Source: Rhodospirillaceae bacterium (lineage in GTDB: Bacteria > Pseudomonadota > Gammaproteobacteria > Burkholderiales > SG8-41). Taken from it: 64,000 bases of DNA. Shown here in pieces: positions 36,885 to 47,094 of the stretch. The stretch lies in assembly GCA_050260255.1 (NCBI GenBank), contig JBLNBW010000107.1:1848-65847 (forward strand), written 5' to 3'. A program made the position numbers and the translations under genes. A model generated the notes under the pieces. It did no database searches and had not been told where the DNA came from. It worked only from the letters and a program-made list of their open reading frames with translations. Position 1 is the stretch's first letter. The number at the start of each line of letters is the position of its first letter.

Positions 36885-39739
36885 CGGTGCTCGAGCTGGT
36901 TCTCGCCGGCGGTGTTGCGGCCGCAGCTACCGCCTGGCTGCAGCGGCGCCTGGCGCAATTCACCGCGGACCGGCAGCAACGCGAGCACGAGCTCGTACTG
37001 CTGCTCGGCAATCTCGCCGCAGCCGCAAACGAGGCAAACAGCCCGTCGCAGGCGTTGCAGGCATCGCTAAATCTCGTCTGCAAGTATGGCGGCTGGTCAT
37101 GCGGCCACGTCGTGATATTCGTCCCCGGCACTGCGCTCAAGAACGTTGCCAATTCCCTGTGGGAACACACGCGCTCGGGGGCCTACGAGGCGTTCGCCGA
37201 ACGCACGCGAGCGTACGATTACTCCACCGCGCAGGGCAGCTTCCTGGGCCGTGCGCTGCGCGAGCAGATGCCGGTGTGGATGAAAGACCTCACGCGCAGC
37301 ACGCAGGGTCCGCGCACCGCGATGCTGTGCGGCCTGGGAACGCGCGCGGCACTCGTTTTTCCCGTCATGCTGCGCGGCGAGGTCGTCGCGATGCTCGAAT
37401 TCTTCAGCGAAGAGGTGCGCGAGCCCGATCAGCTCTTCCTCGCGAACATCGCCCATATCGCCGCGCAGTTGTCCCGCCCCATGGAACGCTATCACGGCGC
37501 GAGCACGGATGCGCGCCTTGCGGCGATCGTCGATAGCTCCGAAGACGCGGTGATCAGCCGCGGGCTCGACTACCGGATCGTGTCCTGGAATCCGGCGGCC
37601 GAGCGCATGTTCGGCTACACCGCGCGGGAGGCCATAGGCCAGGACATCGGCATCCTCATACCGCCCGAGCTGCACCACGAGGTGAGCCGGAATCGGCAGC
37701 TGCTCATGCGGGGCGGGATGGTGAAAACGTACGACACCGTGCGCGTCGGCAAGGATGGACGACGCATACCCGTCTCGCTCACGCTTTCGCCCATACGCGA
37801 CGCCACCGGCGCGATGATCGGCAATTCGCTCATTCTGCGCGACATCAGCGAGCGGCGCGACGCGGAGCGGCGGATTGAGCGGCTCACGCGCTTTTATGCC
37901 GCGCTCAATGAGACCAACGAAGCGATCATGCGCATCACCGATCGCGAAGCCCTGTTTGCGCGTGTGTGCGAGATCGCTGCGACGAAGGGGCAGCTCGCGC
38001 TTGCGTGGATAGCGGTAGTTGATTGGGACGAGCGCTCCGTGCGCTGCGCTGCCGCCGCCGGCGCAGAAGTCTCCTACGTACCGGGAGCGTGCGAGCGCAT
38101 CAATGCGTCGCGCATGCAGGGCGATAGCCCGACCGCCACGAGCCTGCGCAACAACTGTGCGGTGATCTTCAACCAGGCGCCGCCCGACGGCGCTGCACCC
38201 TGGCGCGCGGTCTGCGCACGCCACGACATGCACGCGCTCGCCACCATTCCGCTCACGCAGTCCGGCAAAGCGTTCGGCGCGCTATGCCTGTACGCGCGGG
38301 AGTTCGGCTACTTCGATCCGGAGCTCGTGCTGCTGCTGCGCAAGATGGCAGACAACGTCTCCTTCGCGCTCGACAACTACGTGCGCGAAGCGAAGCGCCG
38401 CCAGGCCGAGCAGCACGTGCGCCACCTCGCACACCATGACGTGCTGACCGCGCTGCCCAACCGTTCGCTGCTCGCGGAGCGCGTCGAATCGGCAATCGCG
38501 CACGCGCGCCGCGGCGGCACACAGCTCGCGCTGCTGTTCGTCGATCTGGACCGCTTCAAGCTCATCAACGATTCATTGGGTCACCTCATCGGCGATCAGG
38601 TGCTCAAAAACGTCGCCGAGCGGCTGCTGCGCTGCGTACGCTCTTCCGATACCGTGGGCCGCCAGGGCGGCGACGAGTTCCTCGTGCTGCTGCCGGATAT
38701 CGGCCATGTCGACGATGCGGCGCGGGTCGCCGAGAAGATCATCGCCGAAGTGACGCGCCCCTGTTTCGTCGGACAGCACGAGCTCGCGACGGGGGCGAGC
38801 ATAGGGATTGCGATCTACCCGGAGAACGGCGCCGACATGGTGGAGCTCGTGCGCAACGCCGATGCTGCGATGTACGCCGCGAAGCAGGCCGGCCGCAACG
38901 GCTACCGGTTTTACTCGCACAACATGAATGCGCGCGCAAGCGAGCGGCTGCAGCTCGAGCACGATCTGCGCTACGCCGTGGAGCGCGGCGAGCTGCATCT
39001 TACCTATCAGCCGCAGATCGAGCTCGCCACGGGGGCAGTCGTCGGCATCGAAGCGCTGGTGCGCTGGCATCATCCGAAGCTCGGGATCGTATCTCCCGAC
39101 CGCTTCATACCGCTCGCGGAAGAAAGCGGCTTGATTGTCCCGATCGGCGAGTGGGTGCTGCGCGAAGCATGCCGCCAGAGAAGCGCGTGGCATGCCTTGC
39201 CGGCCGGCGTGCGGATGTGCATCAACGTCTCGGCGATCCAGTTCCGGCAGCCCGATTTTGAAAAGCTGCTCACCGGCGTGCTGCGGGAGACGGGTCTTGC
39301 TGCGGCGAGCGTCGAGCTGGAGCTTACCGAGAGCGTGGTGATGCAGGGCGTGCAGGCGGTCACTGCCGCGCTGTCAGGCCTGAGCGCGGAAGGCCTCACG
39401 CTCGCGATCGACGACTTCGGCGCCGGATATTCGAGCTTGAGCTACCTGCGCCATCTGCCGATACAGCGCCTCAAGGTGGACCGCTCGTTCATCAGCGATC
39501 TTGCCACGAGCGACGATGCGGTCGCGATCACGCGGGCGATACTGAGCATGGGACATACGCTCGGCCTGGAGATCATTGCCGAAGGCGTGGAGACGCCGGC
39601 GCAGGCCGAGCTGCTGCGCGCCGCGGCATGCGACCGCGCTCAAGGCTTCCTGTACTGCAGGCCGCTGGAGAGCGCGGCGCTGGAAGCGTGGCTCGCCGCG
39701 CGCGAGAGCATGGCGGGCCGCGCACACGGCGTGGCGTAA
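36833..39739 (+). CDS. GAF/PAS sensor diguanylate cyclase-phosphodiesterase (GGDEF-EAL)
   Basis: 968-aa ORF. PAS (ISRGLDYRIVSWNPAAERMFGY), intact GGDEF with an RxxD I-site (RSSDTVGRQGGDEF), EAL (GIEALVRWHHP, DDFGAGYSSL). True start may be the GTG at 36881. Confidence 0.9.
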   Translation: MSRDKSRGLGDSPPRAVTVLELVLAGGVAAAATAWLQRRLAQFTADRQQREHELVLLLGNLAAAANEANSPSQALQASLNLVCKYGGWSCGHVVIFVPGTALKNVANSLWEHTRSGAYEAFAERTRAYDYSTAQGSFLGRALREQMPVWMKDLTRSTQGPRTAMLCGLGTRAALVFPVMLRGEVVAMLEFFSEEVREPDQLFLANIAHIAAQLSRPMERYHGASTDARLAAIVDSSEDAVISRGLDYRIVSWNPAAERMFGYTAREAIGQDIGILIPPELHHEVSRNRQLLMRGGMVKTYDTVRVGKDGRRIPVSLTLSPIRDATGAMIGNSLILRDISERRDAERRIERLTRFYAALNETNEAIMRITDREALFARVCEIAATKGQLALAWIAVVDWDERSVRCAAAAGAEVSYVPGACERINASRMQGDSPTATSLRNNCAVIFNQAPPDGAAPWRAVCARHDMHALATIPLTQSGKAFGALCLYAREFGYFDPELVLLLRKMADNVSFALDNYVREAKRRQAEQHVRHLAHHDVLTALPNRSLLAERVESAIAHARRGGTQLALLFVDLDRFKLINDSLGHLIGDQVLKNVAERLLRCVRSSDTVGRQGGDEFLVLLPDIGHVDDAARVAEKIIAEVTRPCFVGQHELATGASIGIAIYPENGADMVELVRNADAAMYAAKQAGRNGYRFYSHNMNARASERLQLEHDLRYAVERGELHLTYQPQIELATGAVVGIEALVRWHHPKLGIVSPDRFIPLAEESGLIVPIGEWVLREACRQRSAWHALPAGVRMCINVSAIQFRQPDFEKLLTGVLRETGLAAASVELELTESVVMQGVQAVTAALSGLSAEGLTLAIDDFGAGYSSLSYLRHLPIQRLKVDRSFISDLATSDDAVAITRAILSMGHTLGLEIIAEGVETPAQAELLRAAACDRAQGFLYCRPLESAALEAWLAARESMAGRAHGVA

Positions 39740-39752
39740 ACGCCGGCGCAAC

Positions 39753-41384
39753 TTATGCTCGTCGCCCGCCGCTCAGCATGCGTGGACGGGCGGCTACCGG
39801 GGCGCTTTCGTACTCATTTTTGACCGGATGCGACACGAGCTCGCGAAGCTCGTCCGGCTCGATCGGCTTCACCACGTGCATGTCGAAACCGGCCGCGAGC
39901 GCGTTGTCCCGGTCGGCGTCCGAGCCGTAGCCGGTGAGCGCAACGAGCACGATATCCCGACCTTCGCGCGCAGCCCGTATGCGGCGCGCCACCTCGAAGC
40001 CATCGATCCCCGGCAGCCCGAGATCGATCAATGCGATGTCGGGACGTTTGCGCAACGCCAATGCTATACCGCCCGGTCCGTCCTTCGCGGTATCCACCTC
40101 GTGCCCCCACAGCTCTAGCAGCATGGTGAGCACGGTCTGCGCGTCCTCGTTGTCCTCGACGATCAGAATGCGCTTCCGTTCCGACGCACACGCCCCGGAT
40201 GGGGCCGGCGATACGCTGTGGACGGCGTTCACGCGCGGCTTCTCGTTGAGCGGGAGTCGGACGGTAAAGGTGCTTCCCTGCCCTAGCCCGGCGCTTGCTG
40301 CCTGCACTTCCCCGCCGTGCATTTCCACGAGGCGCCGCACGAGCGTAAGTCCCACGCCCAATCCACCGCGGGAGCGGGCGAGCGGCACATCGGCCTGGGA
40401 GAACAAGCCGAAGATCGATTGCAGCGATTCGGGCGCAAGGCCTATGCCCGAGTCGCGCACGCTGATGATGGCCGTGCCTGCCGCCGCATCGCTCTCTTCA
40501 TACTGCAAGTCCAGATGCACGCGTCCGCCGTGGTCGGTGTACTTCGAAGCGTTGTCGAGCAGGTTCATGACGATCTGCTCCAGGCGCGCCTCGTCCGCAT
40601 ACACGCACAGCGCACACGGCGGCACGCTCACCTCCAGCGTCTGGCTGCGCGGAACCATCTTGGACCAGCGCGCGTTGTCCGCGACGCGTTTCACGAGGCC
40701 GGTGAGGTCCACGATGCGCTGCTGGAGATCGATTTTGCCTTGCGTCACGCGCGCGACATCGAGCAGATCGTCCACGAGCCTCGTGAGCTGCGCGCTTTGA
40801 CGCCGCATGACGTCGCGCGCCGTGATTTCCGCCTCATCCGCCGGCGGACGGCGCTCTAGGAGCGGCAGCGACGCCACGATCGCAGCGAGCGGATTGCGGA
40901 GCTCGTGCGCGAGCATGGCGAGAAATTCGTGGGTGCGGCGGTTCGCTTCGTCGAGCTGGTCAGCGCGGTCGCGCAGCGCCTGCTCCGTATCGGTGAGGCG
41001 CAGCAGGGAACGCACTGTCGCCACCAGTTCCTCCTGCTCGAACGGCTGGCTTAAATAGCCGTCGGCCCCCGACTCGAGACTATGCACTTTGCTTTCAGTC
41101 GCGATGTACACCGCCGAGGTGTGCAGCACCTTGAGATGTTGCGTGTCGGGATCCGCCTTGATCCGCCGGCACACCTCCAGCCCGTCGATGTCGGGCAGCT
41201 CGATGTCGAGCACCACCAGACGAGGCCGATCGGACGCGACGCGGCTCAACGCTTCGGCGCCCGTTGCTGCGGCGACCACTGAGAAGCCGGAACGCTCGAG
41301 CATGCGGGTGATCACATAGCGCGCACCCTGTGCAGCGTTCACTACCAGTATGCGAGCGGGCGCGGTCGGTGCGGCTGTGCTCAT
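39753..41384 (-). CDS. hybrid sensor histidine kinase (REC-HisKA-HATPase-REC)
   Basis: Start at MSTAAPTAPARILVV. H box LAMLAHELRNPLAAI, HATPase (VRDSGIGL, GGLGVGL). Canonical C-terminal receiver (ILIVEDNED...IDLGLPGIDG...VKP); atypical N-terminal receiver. Confidence 0.9.
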   Translation of the reverse strand: MSTAAPTAPARILVVNAAQGARYVITRMLERSGFSVVAAATGAEALSRVASDRPRLVVLDIELPDIDGLEVCRRIKADPDTQHLKVLHTSAVYIATESKVHSLESGADGYLSQPFEQEELVATVRSLLRLTDTEQALRDRADQLDEANRRTHEFLAMLAHELRNPLAAIVASLPLLERRPPADEAEITARDVMRRQSAQLTRLVDDLLDVARVTQGKIDLQQRIVDLTGLVKRVADNARWSKMVPRSQTLEVSVPPCALCVYADEARLEQIVMNLLDNASKYTDHGGRVHLDLQYEESDAAAGTAIISVRDSGIGLAPESLQSIFGLFSQADVPLARSRGGLGVGLTLVRRLVEMHGGEVQAASAGLGQGSTFTVRLPLNEKPRVNAVHSVSPAPSGACASERKRILIVEDNEDAQTVLTMLLELWGHEVDTAKDGPGGIALALRKRPDIALIDLGLPGIDGFEVARRIRAAREGRDIVLVALTGYGSDADRDNALAAGFDMHVVKPIEPDELRELVSHPVKNEYESAPVAARPRMLSGGRRA

Positions 41385-41700
41385 CGGGCAAGCCGTGTCG
41401 AGGACGCACGCTGCACGCCAGTCGACCGGTGCCCCAGTACACACGCGGGAAATACGAACATGACGATCTGCAACTTTCGGGATGGTGGGTAATGCCTCAA
41501 GCGCCGGCGGCCGCACGGCGCCGAATGGGTACAGCAACAACTCGGCTGTGCAACAACCGTACCGAACTAGCTGACGTCACCGGACGACACACGCGACCGG
41601 AGTGTTACCATGGTCCACTGCGGACGACGGCGGGAACGCGTCCGCAAGATAGCGAACGAGAAGCTGGCGCCACGCGCCAACCGGACGGAGGCGAACGACT

Positions 41701-42657
41701 ATGCTGGCACGCTGGGCGGCACTCATCGCGATGGTATGCGCGACCGCGTGCGCGGCCGCTTATCCGGAACGCCCTGTCCGACTCATCGTGCCCGCCGCGC
41801 CCGGGGGCGCCATCGATGTCGTCGGGCGCATCATGGGCGCGAAGCTCGCCGAGGTCCTCGGGCAGAATATCGTGATCGACAATCGGGCCGGCGCGAACAA
41901 CATCATCGGCACCGAGCTCGCCGCGCGCGCCGCACCCGATGGCTACACGCTGCTCATCACCGCCGGGGCCCACACCATCAACCCGTCCGTGTACCGCAAG
42001 CTGCCGTACGACGCGCTGCGCGATTTCACGCCGGTGAGCCATATCGCGAATTCGGGCGGGCTCGTGGTCGTGGTGCACCCGTCTTTCAGCGCACGCAGCT
42101 TGCCGCAGCTCGTCGAGCAGGCGAAGGCGGCGCCCGGCAAGATCAGTTATGCCTCGGCAGGATACGGTAACGCCACCCACCTCGCGGGCGAGCTCTTCAA
42201 CATCATGGCGCGCGTGCAGCTGCTCCACGTTCCCTACAAGGCAGCAGGCCCCGCCGTGAACGATCTTCTCGGCGGCCATGTCCCGCTCATGTTCGGCCCC
42301 AGCCCCGTGGTCGTGCCCATGGTGCAAGCGGGAAGGCTGAGAGCGCTCGCGTTCACCGGCGTGAGGCGTTCGCCTCAGCTGCCGGACGTGCCGACGGTCG
42401 ACGAAGCAGGCGTGAAAGGCTACGAGATGACCGGCTGGTATGGGCTGTACGGCCCGCGCGGAATGCCGAAAGCCATCGCCGACAAGCTGAGTGCGAGCGT
42501 GCGCGAGATCGTTACGATGTCGGACACCCTGGCGCGTTTCGCCGCGCTCAACCTGGAAGCGGTCGGCAGCACGCCCCGCGAATTCGCCGACTTCCTGGCA
42601 AAGGACTTGCGCAAGTATGCCGAGATCGCGAGACAAGCGGGCATAGCGCCGCAGTAA
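41701..42657 (+). CDS. Bug/TctC-family substrate-binding protein
   Basis: MLARWAALIAMVCATACAAA signal peptide and the YPERPVRLIVPAAPGGAID motif. 318 aa. Confidence 0.9.
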   Translation: MLARWAALIAMVCATACAAAYPERPVRLIVPAAPGGAIDVVGRIMGAKLAEVLGQNIVIDNRAGANNIIGTELAARAAPDGYTLLITAGAHTINPSVYRKLPYDALRDFTPVSHIANSGGLVVVVHPSFSARSLPQLVEQAKAAPGKISYASAGYGNATHLAGELFNIMARVQLLHVPYKAAGPAVNDLLGGHVPLMFGPSPVVVPMVQAGRLRALAFTGVRRSPQLPDVPTVDEAGVKGYEMTGWYGLYGPRGMPKAIADKLSASVREIVTMSDTLARFAALNLEAVGSTPREFADFLAKDLRKYAEIARQAGIAPQ

Positions 42658-42675
42658 CGCGTGTAAGCGCGCGTC

Positions 42676-43053
42676 TTAGCGCTTGGCGTTGCCGAACCCG
42701 GTACCGGCTTTTTTGTACTCGGCGCGCGGCGGGCTGAAAATGTCGAGTATCGTGCAGCCTATGGCGCCGGTCCGCACGCCGTGCGGCACGCCGCCCGGCG
42801 TGCACCAGAAATCGCCGGCCTTCGCCTGTATTTCCTCGCCGTTCTGAATGCGCACGCATTCGCCTTCCAGCAAGACGCCCCACTGCTCCTCGGGATGGCT
42901 GTGCACCGCCCCGGTCGAATGCGGCTCCACGTGCACCACCGACAGCATGACGTTCTCGCCGGGGAATATGGACGCGTTGATGCCCTTCGCAAGCTCGCGT
43001 GCGATGCCGCGCGGATCGTCTTTCAAATTGAACATCCATGATGCCTTGCTCAT
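42676..43053 (-). CDS. cupin-domain protein
   Basis: 125 aa. GAVHSHPEEQWGVLLEGE ... GDFWCTPGGVPHGV: the two cupin motifs. ACGGAGAC SD. Confidence 0.85.
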   Translation of the reverse strand: MSKASWMFNLKDDPRGIARELAKGINASIFPGENVMLSVVHVEPHSTGAVHSHPEEQWGVLLEGECVRIQNGEEIQAKAGDFWCTPGGVPHGVRTGAIGCTILDIFSPPRAEYKKAGTGFGNAKR

Positions 43054-43077
43054 CGGCGTCTCCGTGATATCGGCGCT

Positions 43078-44265
43078 TCAATCGAACAGCGTCGGCTCGG
43101 CACGGCTGCGCACCGCGACCGGCGCATCCCTCCCGTTGCCCGGCTTGCTCAATGACCCGACGCGCACCCCGAGCAGCCGGATGCGCCGCTCGAGCGGCAC
43201 GCGCTTGAGACACGCACCGGCCGCCTTGCGTATGGCGCCTGCATCAGCGGTCGGGACGGGGAGCGTGTGATCGCGCGTGACGGTTTTGAAATTATCGTAA
43301 CGCAGCTTGATGCCTATCGTCCTGCCCACGTAGCCCTTGCGCTTCAGGTCTTCCGCGACTCGCACGCACAGATCGGTGAAGATGCGCGTGAGCTGCGATC
43401 GGTCGCGCACCGCATGCAAGTCGCTCTCGAAGGTCGTCTCGCGGCTGATGGATTTCGGCTCGCTGTAGGTCACCACCGGCCGCTCGTCGCGACCATGTGC
43501 CGCCTCGTGCATCCATGCGCCGTAGCTGCCGCCGAAATGCCGCACGAGGAGCGCCGGCGACGAGGCGGCGAGCTCGCCTATCGTGCTGATGCCGAGGTCC
43601 GCGAGCTTGGCGCCAGCCTTGGGTCCTATGCCGTTGATCTTGCGCACCGGCAGCGGCCAGATACGTGCCGGCACGTCCTCCATGCGGACGATCGTGAGCC
43701 CGCCGGGTTTTTCAAGATCCGATGCGATCTTCGAGAGCAGCTTGTTGGGCGTGATGCCCAGCGAGCACGACAGACCGGTCGCATCACGCACTGTCCGCCG
43801 TATCGATGCGCCGATATCGCGCGCTCGGGTCCACACGCCGCGCGGGTCATCGGCAGCGTCCGACAGCACCAGCTCAGTGAGGTCGATATAGATCTCGTCG
43901 ATGCCGCGGTCCTCGATCTGTGGTGCGATGCTGCGCACCGCAGCCTTGAAGAGGCGGGAATAACGGCGGTACTGATCGAAGTCGGCAGGCAGCAGCAGCG
44001 CATCCGGAGCGAGCTGTGCCGCTTTCATGAGTCCCATGCCGGAATGCACGCCGAGCGCGCGCGCTTCGTAAGTGGCGGTCGTGATGACGCCACGCCCGGT
44101 GTAGCCGCGCAGCGTCGGCATCGCAGCGTCGACAGGATCGTGCTCTGCGGCTCGACGCCGACCACCGACGACGACCGGACGCCCGCGCAGCTGCGGATAA
44201 CGGAGCAGTTCCACCGACGCGTAAAACGCGTCCATGTCGAGATGGGCTATGAAGCGGCGTTGCAT
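43078..44265 (-). CDS. dinB: DNA polymerase IV (Y-family)
   Basis: MQRRFIAHLDMDAFYASVELLRYPQLRGRPVVVGG..., SIDEIYIDLT-type motif (GIDEIYIDLTE), GIGPKAGAKL. Confidence 0.93.
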   Translation of the reverse strand: MQRRFIAHLDMDAFYASVELLRYPQLRGRPVVVGGRRRAAEHDPVDAAMPTLRGYTGRGVITTATYEARALGVHSGMGLMKAAQLAPDALLLPADFDQYRRYSRLFKAAVRSIAPQIEDRGIDEIYIDLTELVLSDAADDPRGVWTRARDIGASIRRTVRDATGLSCSLGITPNKLLSKIASDLEKPGGLTIVRMEDVPARIWPLPVRKINGIGPKAGAKLADLGISTIGELAASSPALLVRHFGGSYGAWMHEAAHGRDERPVVTYSEPKSISRETTFESDLHAVRDRSQLTRIFTDLCVRVAEDLKRKGYVGRTIGIKLRYDNFKTVTRDHTLPVPTADAGAIRKAAGACLKRVPLERRIRLLGVRVGSLSKPGNGRDAPVAVRSRAEPTLFD

Positions 44266-44338
44266 GCGGACGAAATCATACCGTGCAGCGCGTATCGTGG
44301 TACGTTACGGCTCCGCCACCGCTTGAATCCGATTACTG

Positions 44339-45241
44339 GTGTCCGCCGCCCTGCTGCTGTTTCCGGATTTTGCGCTGATCCTGCTCGGCGTCGCGCTGCG
44401 CCGCTGGTTCGAAGGCAGCAGCGATTTCTGGGGCGGACTCGAGCGGCTCATCTACTACGTGCTGTTTCCCGCGCTGCTGTTCATGGCCAATGCGCGGTCA
44501 CAGATCGACTTTTCCGCGGCCGCGCCGATGCTCGCGGCCGGTGTCGCAGCGACCGTCGCCGGCATCGCGGCGGCCTGGTTTGCGCGTCCCGTCTTCCGCC
44601 CGCCTGCCGCCACCTTCGCGGGCGGCTTCCAGTGCGCTTTCCGGTTCAACAGCTACCTCGGCCTCGCGCTCATCGGGCAATTGCACGGCGAGGCCGGCCT
44701 GGCGAGCATGAGTCTCATGCTGGGTGTGGCGATTCCGCTCGTCAACGTGGTGGCGATCTGGTCCCTCGCTCACCGCACCGGCCACATCGGGCGCGAACTG
44801 GGTCGCAATCCCCTCATCATAGGCACCGTGTCGGGCATCGCATTCAGCATGGCCGGCCTCGACCTTCCGCCGTTCGGCTGGGAAGTGCTCCGCCGGCTCG
44901 GCAGCGCAACGTTGCCCCTTGCGCTCCTTGCCGTAGGCGCCGGGCTGCGGCTCGAAGGCGGGCACGAGCGCCGTGGACTCATCGCTTGGCTGACCGCGGT
45001 GAAGCTCATCGTCATACCGGCCGCCGCATGGGCGCTCGGACATGCCCTGCAACTGGACCCGGTGTCGCTGCATGCGGTCGTGCTGTTCGCTGCACTGCCG
45101 CCGGCGACCTCGGCTTACATCCTCGCCGTGCGCATGAACGCTGACGCCGCCATATCCGCAGTGCTGATTTCCGCCGGCACTGTCATCGCGATGGCGACAC
45201 TGCCCATCTGGCTCATGATCATCGGCGCCGCGGCGGGATGA
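44339..45241 (+). CDS. AEC (auxin efflux carrier) family transporter
   Basis: GTG start. 300-aa polytopic membrane protein with a two-half organisation typical of AEC/Mem_trans proteins. Confidence 0.75.
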   Translation: MSAALLLFPDFALILLGVALRRWFEGSSDFWGGLERLIYYVLFPALLFMANARSQIDFSAAAPMLAAGVAATVAGIAAAWFARPVFRPPAATFAGGFQCAFRFNSYLGLALIGQLHGEAGLASMSLMLGVAIPLVNVVAIWSLAHRTGHIGRELGRNPLIIGTVSGIAFSMAGLDLPPFGWEVLRRLGSATLPLALLAVGAGLRLEGGHERRGLIAWLTAVKLIVIPAAAWALGHALQLDPVSLHAVVLFAALPPATSAYILAVRMNADAAISAVLISAGTVIAMATLPIWLMIIGAAAG

Positions 45242-45245
45242 GATA

Positions 45246-45860
45246 ATGCCGGCCATCATGGACACGCCCGCTCGCCGCTCCGGCATCTCCCGGGAACAGA
45301 TCGCCGACCTGCCCCTTCGTCGCTATGAAGGCGAAGTACGCCTCGTCGAGACCGCCGCGGACATCGAGCTCGCCATGGCCGACATGACCGCCGAGACTGT
45401 CGTCGGCTTCGATACCGAGACGCGCCCCGCCTTCAGGCGGGGCGAAGTGTATCTGCCGGCGCTGGTCCAGGCCGCCACGGCGCAGCGCGTGTATCTCTTC
45501 CAGCTGCGACACACGGCGGTGCACGATGCCGTCGCCCAGCTGCTCGGATCACCACGCGTGGTCAAAGCCGGGGTTGCCGTCGCTCACGATTTGCGCACGC
45601 TGAAGGGCGTGTTTCCCTTCGAGCCGCGCAACGTCGTCGATCTCGGCGTGCTGGCGCGCCGCCGCGGTATGGAGCAGACCGGCTTGCGCAATCTCGCCGG
45701 GCTGCTGCTCGGCTATCGCATTCCCAAGGGCGCGAAGACCACCAACTGGGCGGCCCATCGCCTTTCCGACGCGCAAGTCGCATATGCGGCGACCGACGCG
45801 TGGGCATGCCGCGAGCTGTACCTGCGCTTCGCAACGCTGGGCCTCATCGAGGATGTATGA
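45246..45860 (+). CDS. 3'-5' exonuclease (DEDDy, RNase D/WRN-like domain)
   Basis: VVGFDTETRP (ExoI), VKAGVAVAHDLRTL (ExoII), AYAATDAWACRELY (ExoIII with Tyr). 204 aa. Confidence 0.85.
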   Translation: MPAIMDTPARRSGISREQIADLPLRRYEGEVRLVETAADIELAMADMTAETVVGFDTETRPAFRRGEVYLPALVQAATAQRVYLFQLRHTAVHDAVAQLLGSPRVVKAGVAVAHDLRTLKGVFPFEPRNVVDLGVLARRRGMEQTGLRNLAGLLLGYRIPKGAKTTNWAAHRLSDAQVAYAATDAWACRELYLRFATLGLIEDV

Positions 45861-45939
45861 CATCGCGGGACGTGCAGCGCGCAGCACCACCCGCATGCCA
45901 TAATCCCGGCCACACGACGAGCTGAAAGGAGGCAGCCCC

Positions 45940-47010
45940 ATGTCCATGCAGCGCGGCACCGACGCGCCCGACATCGTCTTCACCGGATGCAGCGTAACCA
46001 ATTCCAACGCGGCGCCCTTCACCCCGGCCCCGGGCGCCAAGCGCCGCGAAGTGGTGGTGAAAGGCAAGCGCATCAAAACCGTCGACGTGCATGCCCACTG
46101 CCTCATACCCGAGGCGGTGAAGCTTGCGACGCAATCCGTCACCGAAGTGCACCGGCCGGGCATGATCCTCGGCGAAGAGCGCATACGACAGATGGATCAC
46201 ATGGGCATAGATGTCGAAGCGCTGTCCATCAATCCCTACTGGTATCGCACCGAGCGCGAGGTCGCCACCGAGATCGTTCGTATCCAGAACGAAAAGCTCG
46301 CGGAATTTTGCGGGCAGCATCCCGACCGCTTCGTCGCCTTCGCGTCCGTCGCTTTGCAGTATCCCGATCTCGCGGTACAGCAGCTCGAGCACGCCGTGAA
46401 GAAGCTCGGGCTGCGCGGTGCCGCCGTCGGCGCAAGCGTGGCGGGCGATGAATTCGCAAACGCGAAGTTCCATCCCTTCTGGGCGAAGTGCGAAGAACTC
46501 GACGTGCTCGTCTTCCTGCACCCGCAAAGCACGCCCGAGCTCGCCGGCCGCTTCAACGGCAACGGCTGGCTCTCGAACGTGATCGGCAATCCGCTCGACA
46601 CGACGATCGCGCTGGCGCATCTGATTTTCGAGGGCACGCTCGACAAGTTCCCCGGGCTCAAGATCTGCGCGGCTCACGGCGGCGGCTTCCTCGGCTCATA
46701 CAAGAACCGCATGGATCACGGGTGCCGTATCACACCCTCGGAGTGCAATCCGGCGATCAAGCTGAAGAAAAAGCCATCCGAATACATGAACGATCTCTAT
46801 TTCGATTCGCTCGTTTTCACCAGCGAAGCGCTGCGCCATCTCGCCGCGGAAGTGGGCAGCAGCCAGATCGTGATCGGTACGGACCACCCGATCCCGTGGA
46901 ATCCGAATCCCGTCGATCACATCATGAGCACCGACTCGCTCACCGACGACGAGAAAATCGCCATCCTCGGCGGGACGGCGGCGAAGCTGCTCAAGATCAG
47001 TGACGCATGA
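45940..47010 (+). CDS. amidohydrolase-2 family protein (ACMSD-like decarboxylase/hydratase)
   Basis: AAAGGAGG SD. VDVHAHCLIPE metal motif, ...FLHPQ..., ICAAHGGG, IVIGTDHP: the PF04909 pattern. Confidence 0.85.
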   Translation: MSMQRGTDAPDIVFTGCSVTNSNAAPFTPAPGAKRREVVVKGKRIKTVDVHAHCLIPEAVKLATQSVTEVHRPGMILGEERIRQMDHMGIDVEALSINPYWYRTEREVATEIVRIQNEKLAEFCGQHPDRFVAFASVALQYPDLAVQQLEHAVKKLGLRGAAVGASVAGDEFANAKFHPFWAKCEELDVLVFLHPQSTPELAGRFNGNGWLSNVIGNPLDTTIALAHLIFEGTLDKFPGLKICAAHGGGFLGSYKNRMDHGCRITPSECNPAIKLKKKPSEYMNDLYFDSLVFTSEALRHLAAEVGSSQIVIGTDHPIPWNPNPVDHIMSTDSLTDDEKIAILGGTAAKLLKISDA

Positions 47011-47012
47011 CC

Positions 47013-47070
47013 GGTTACTCGCGACTCGTTAAGCGGTTTTCCGATTAACGAGTAACCAGTAACAGTAACG
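47013..47070 (+). repeat. AT-richer interrupted hairpin plus AGTAAC triple repeat
   Basis: GGTTA(ctcgcga)CTCGTTAA-loop-TTAACGAGTAACC, then CAGTAACAGTAAC. No U-tract, so only a weak terminator candidate. Confidence 0.35.
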
Positions 47071-47094
47071 AGCAGCCATCAAAATGGAAGCGTC

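Noticed and set aside
43267-45144. 625-aa plus-strand ORF overlapping dinB (antisense) and the AEC transporter (out of frame)
   Set aside because: Shadow or out-of-frame ORF. dinB and the transporter explain the region.
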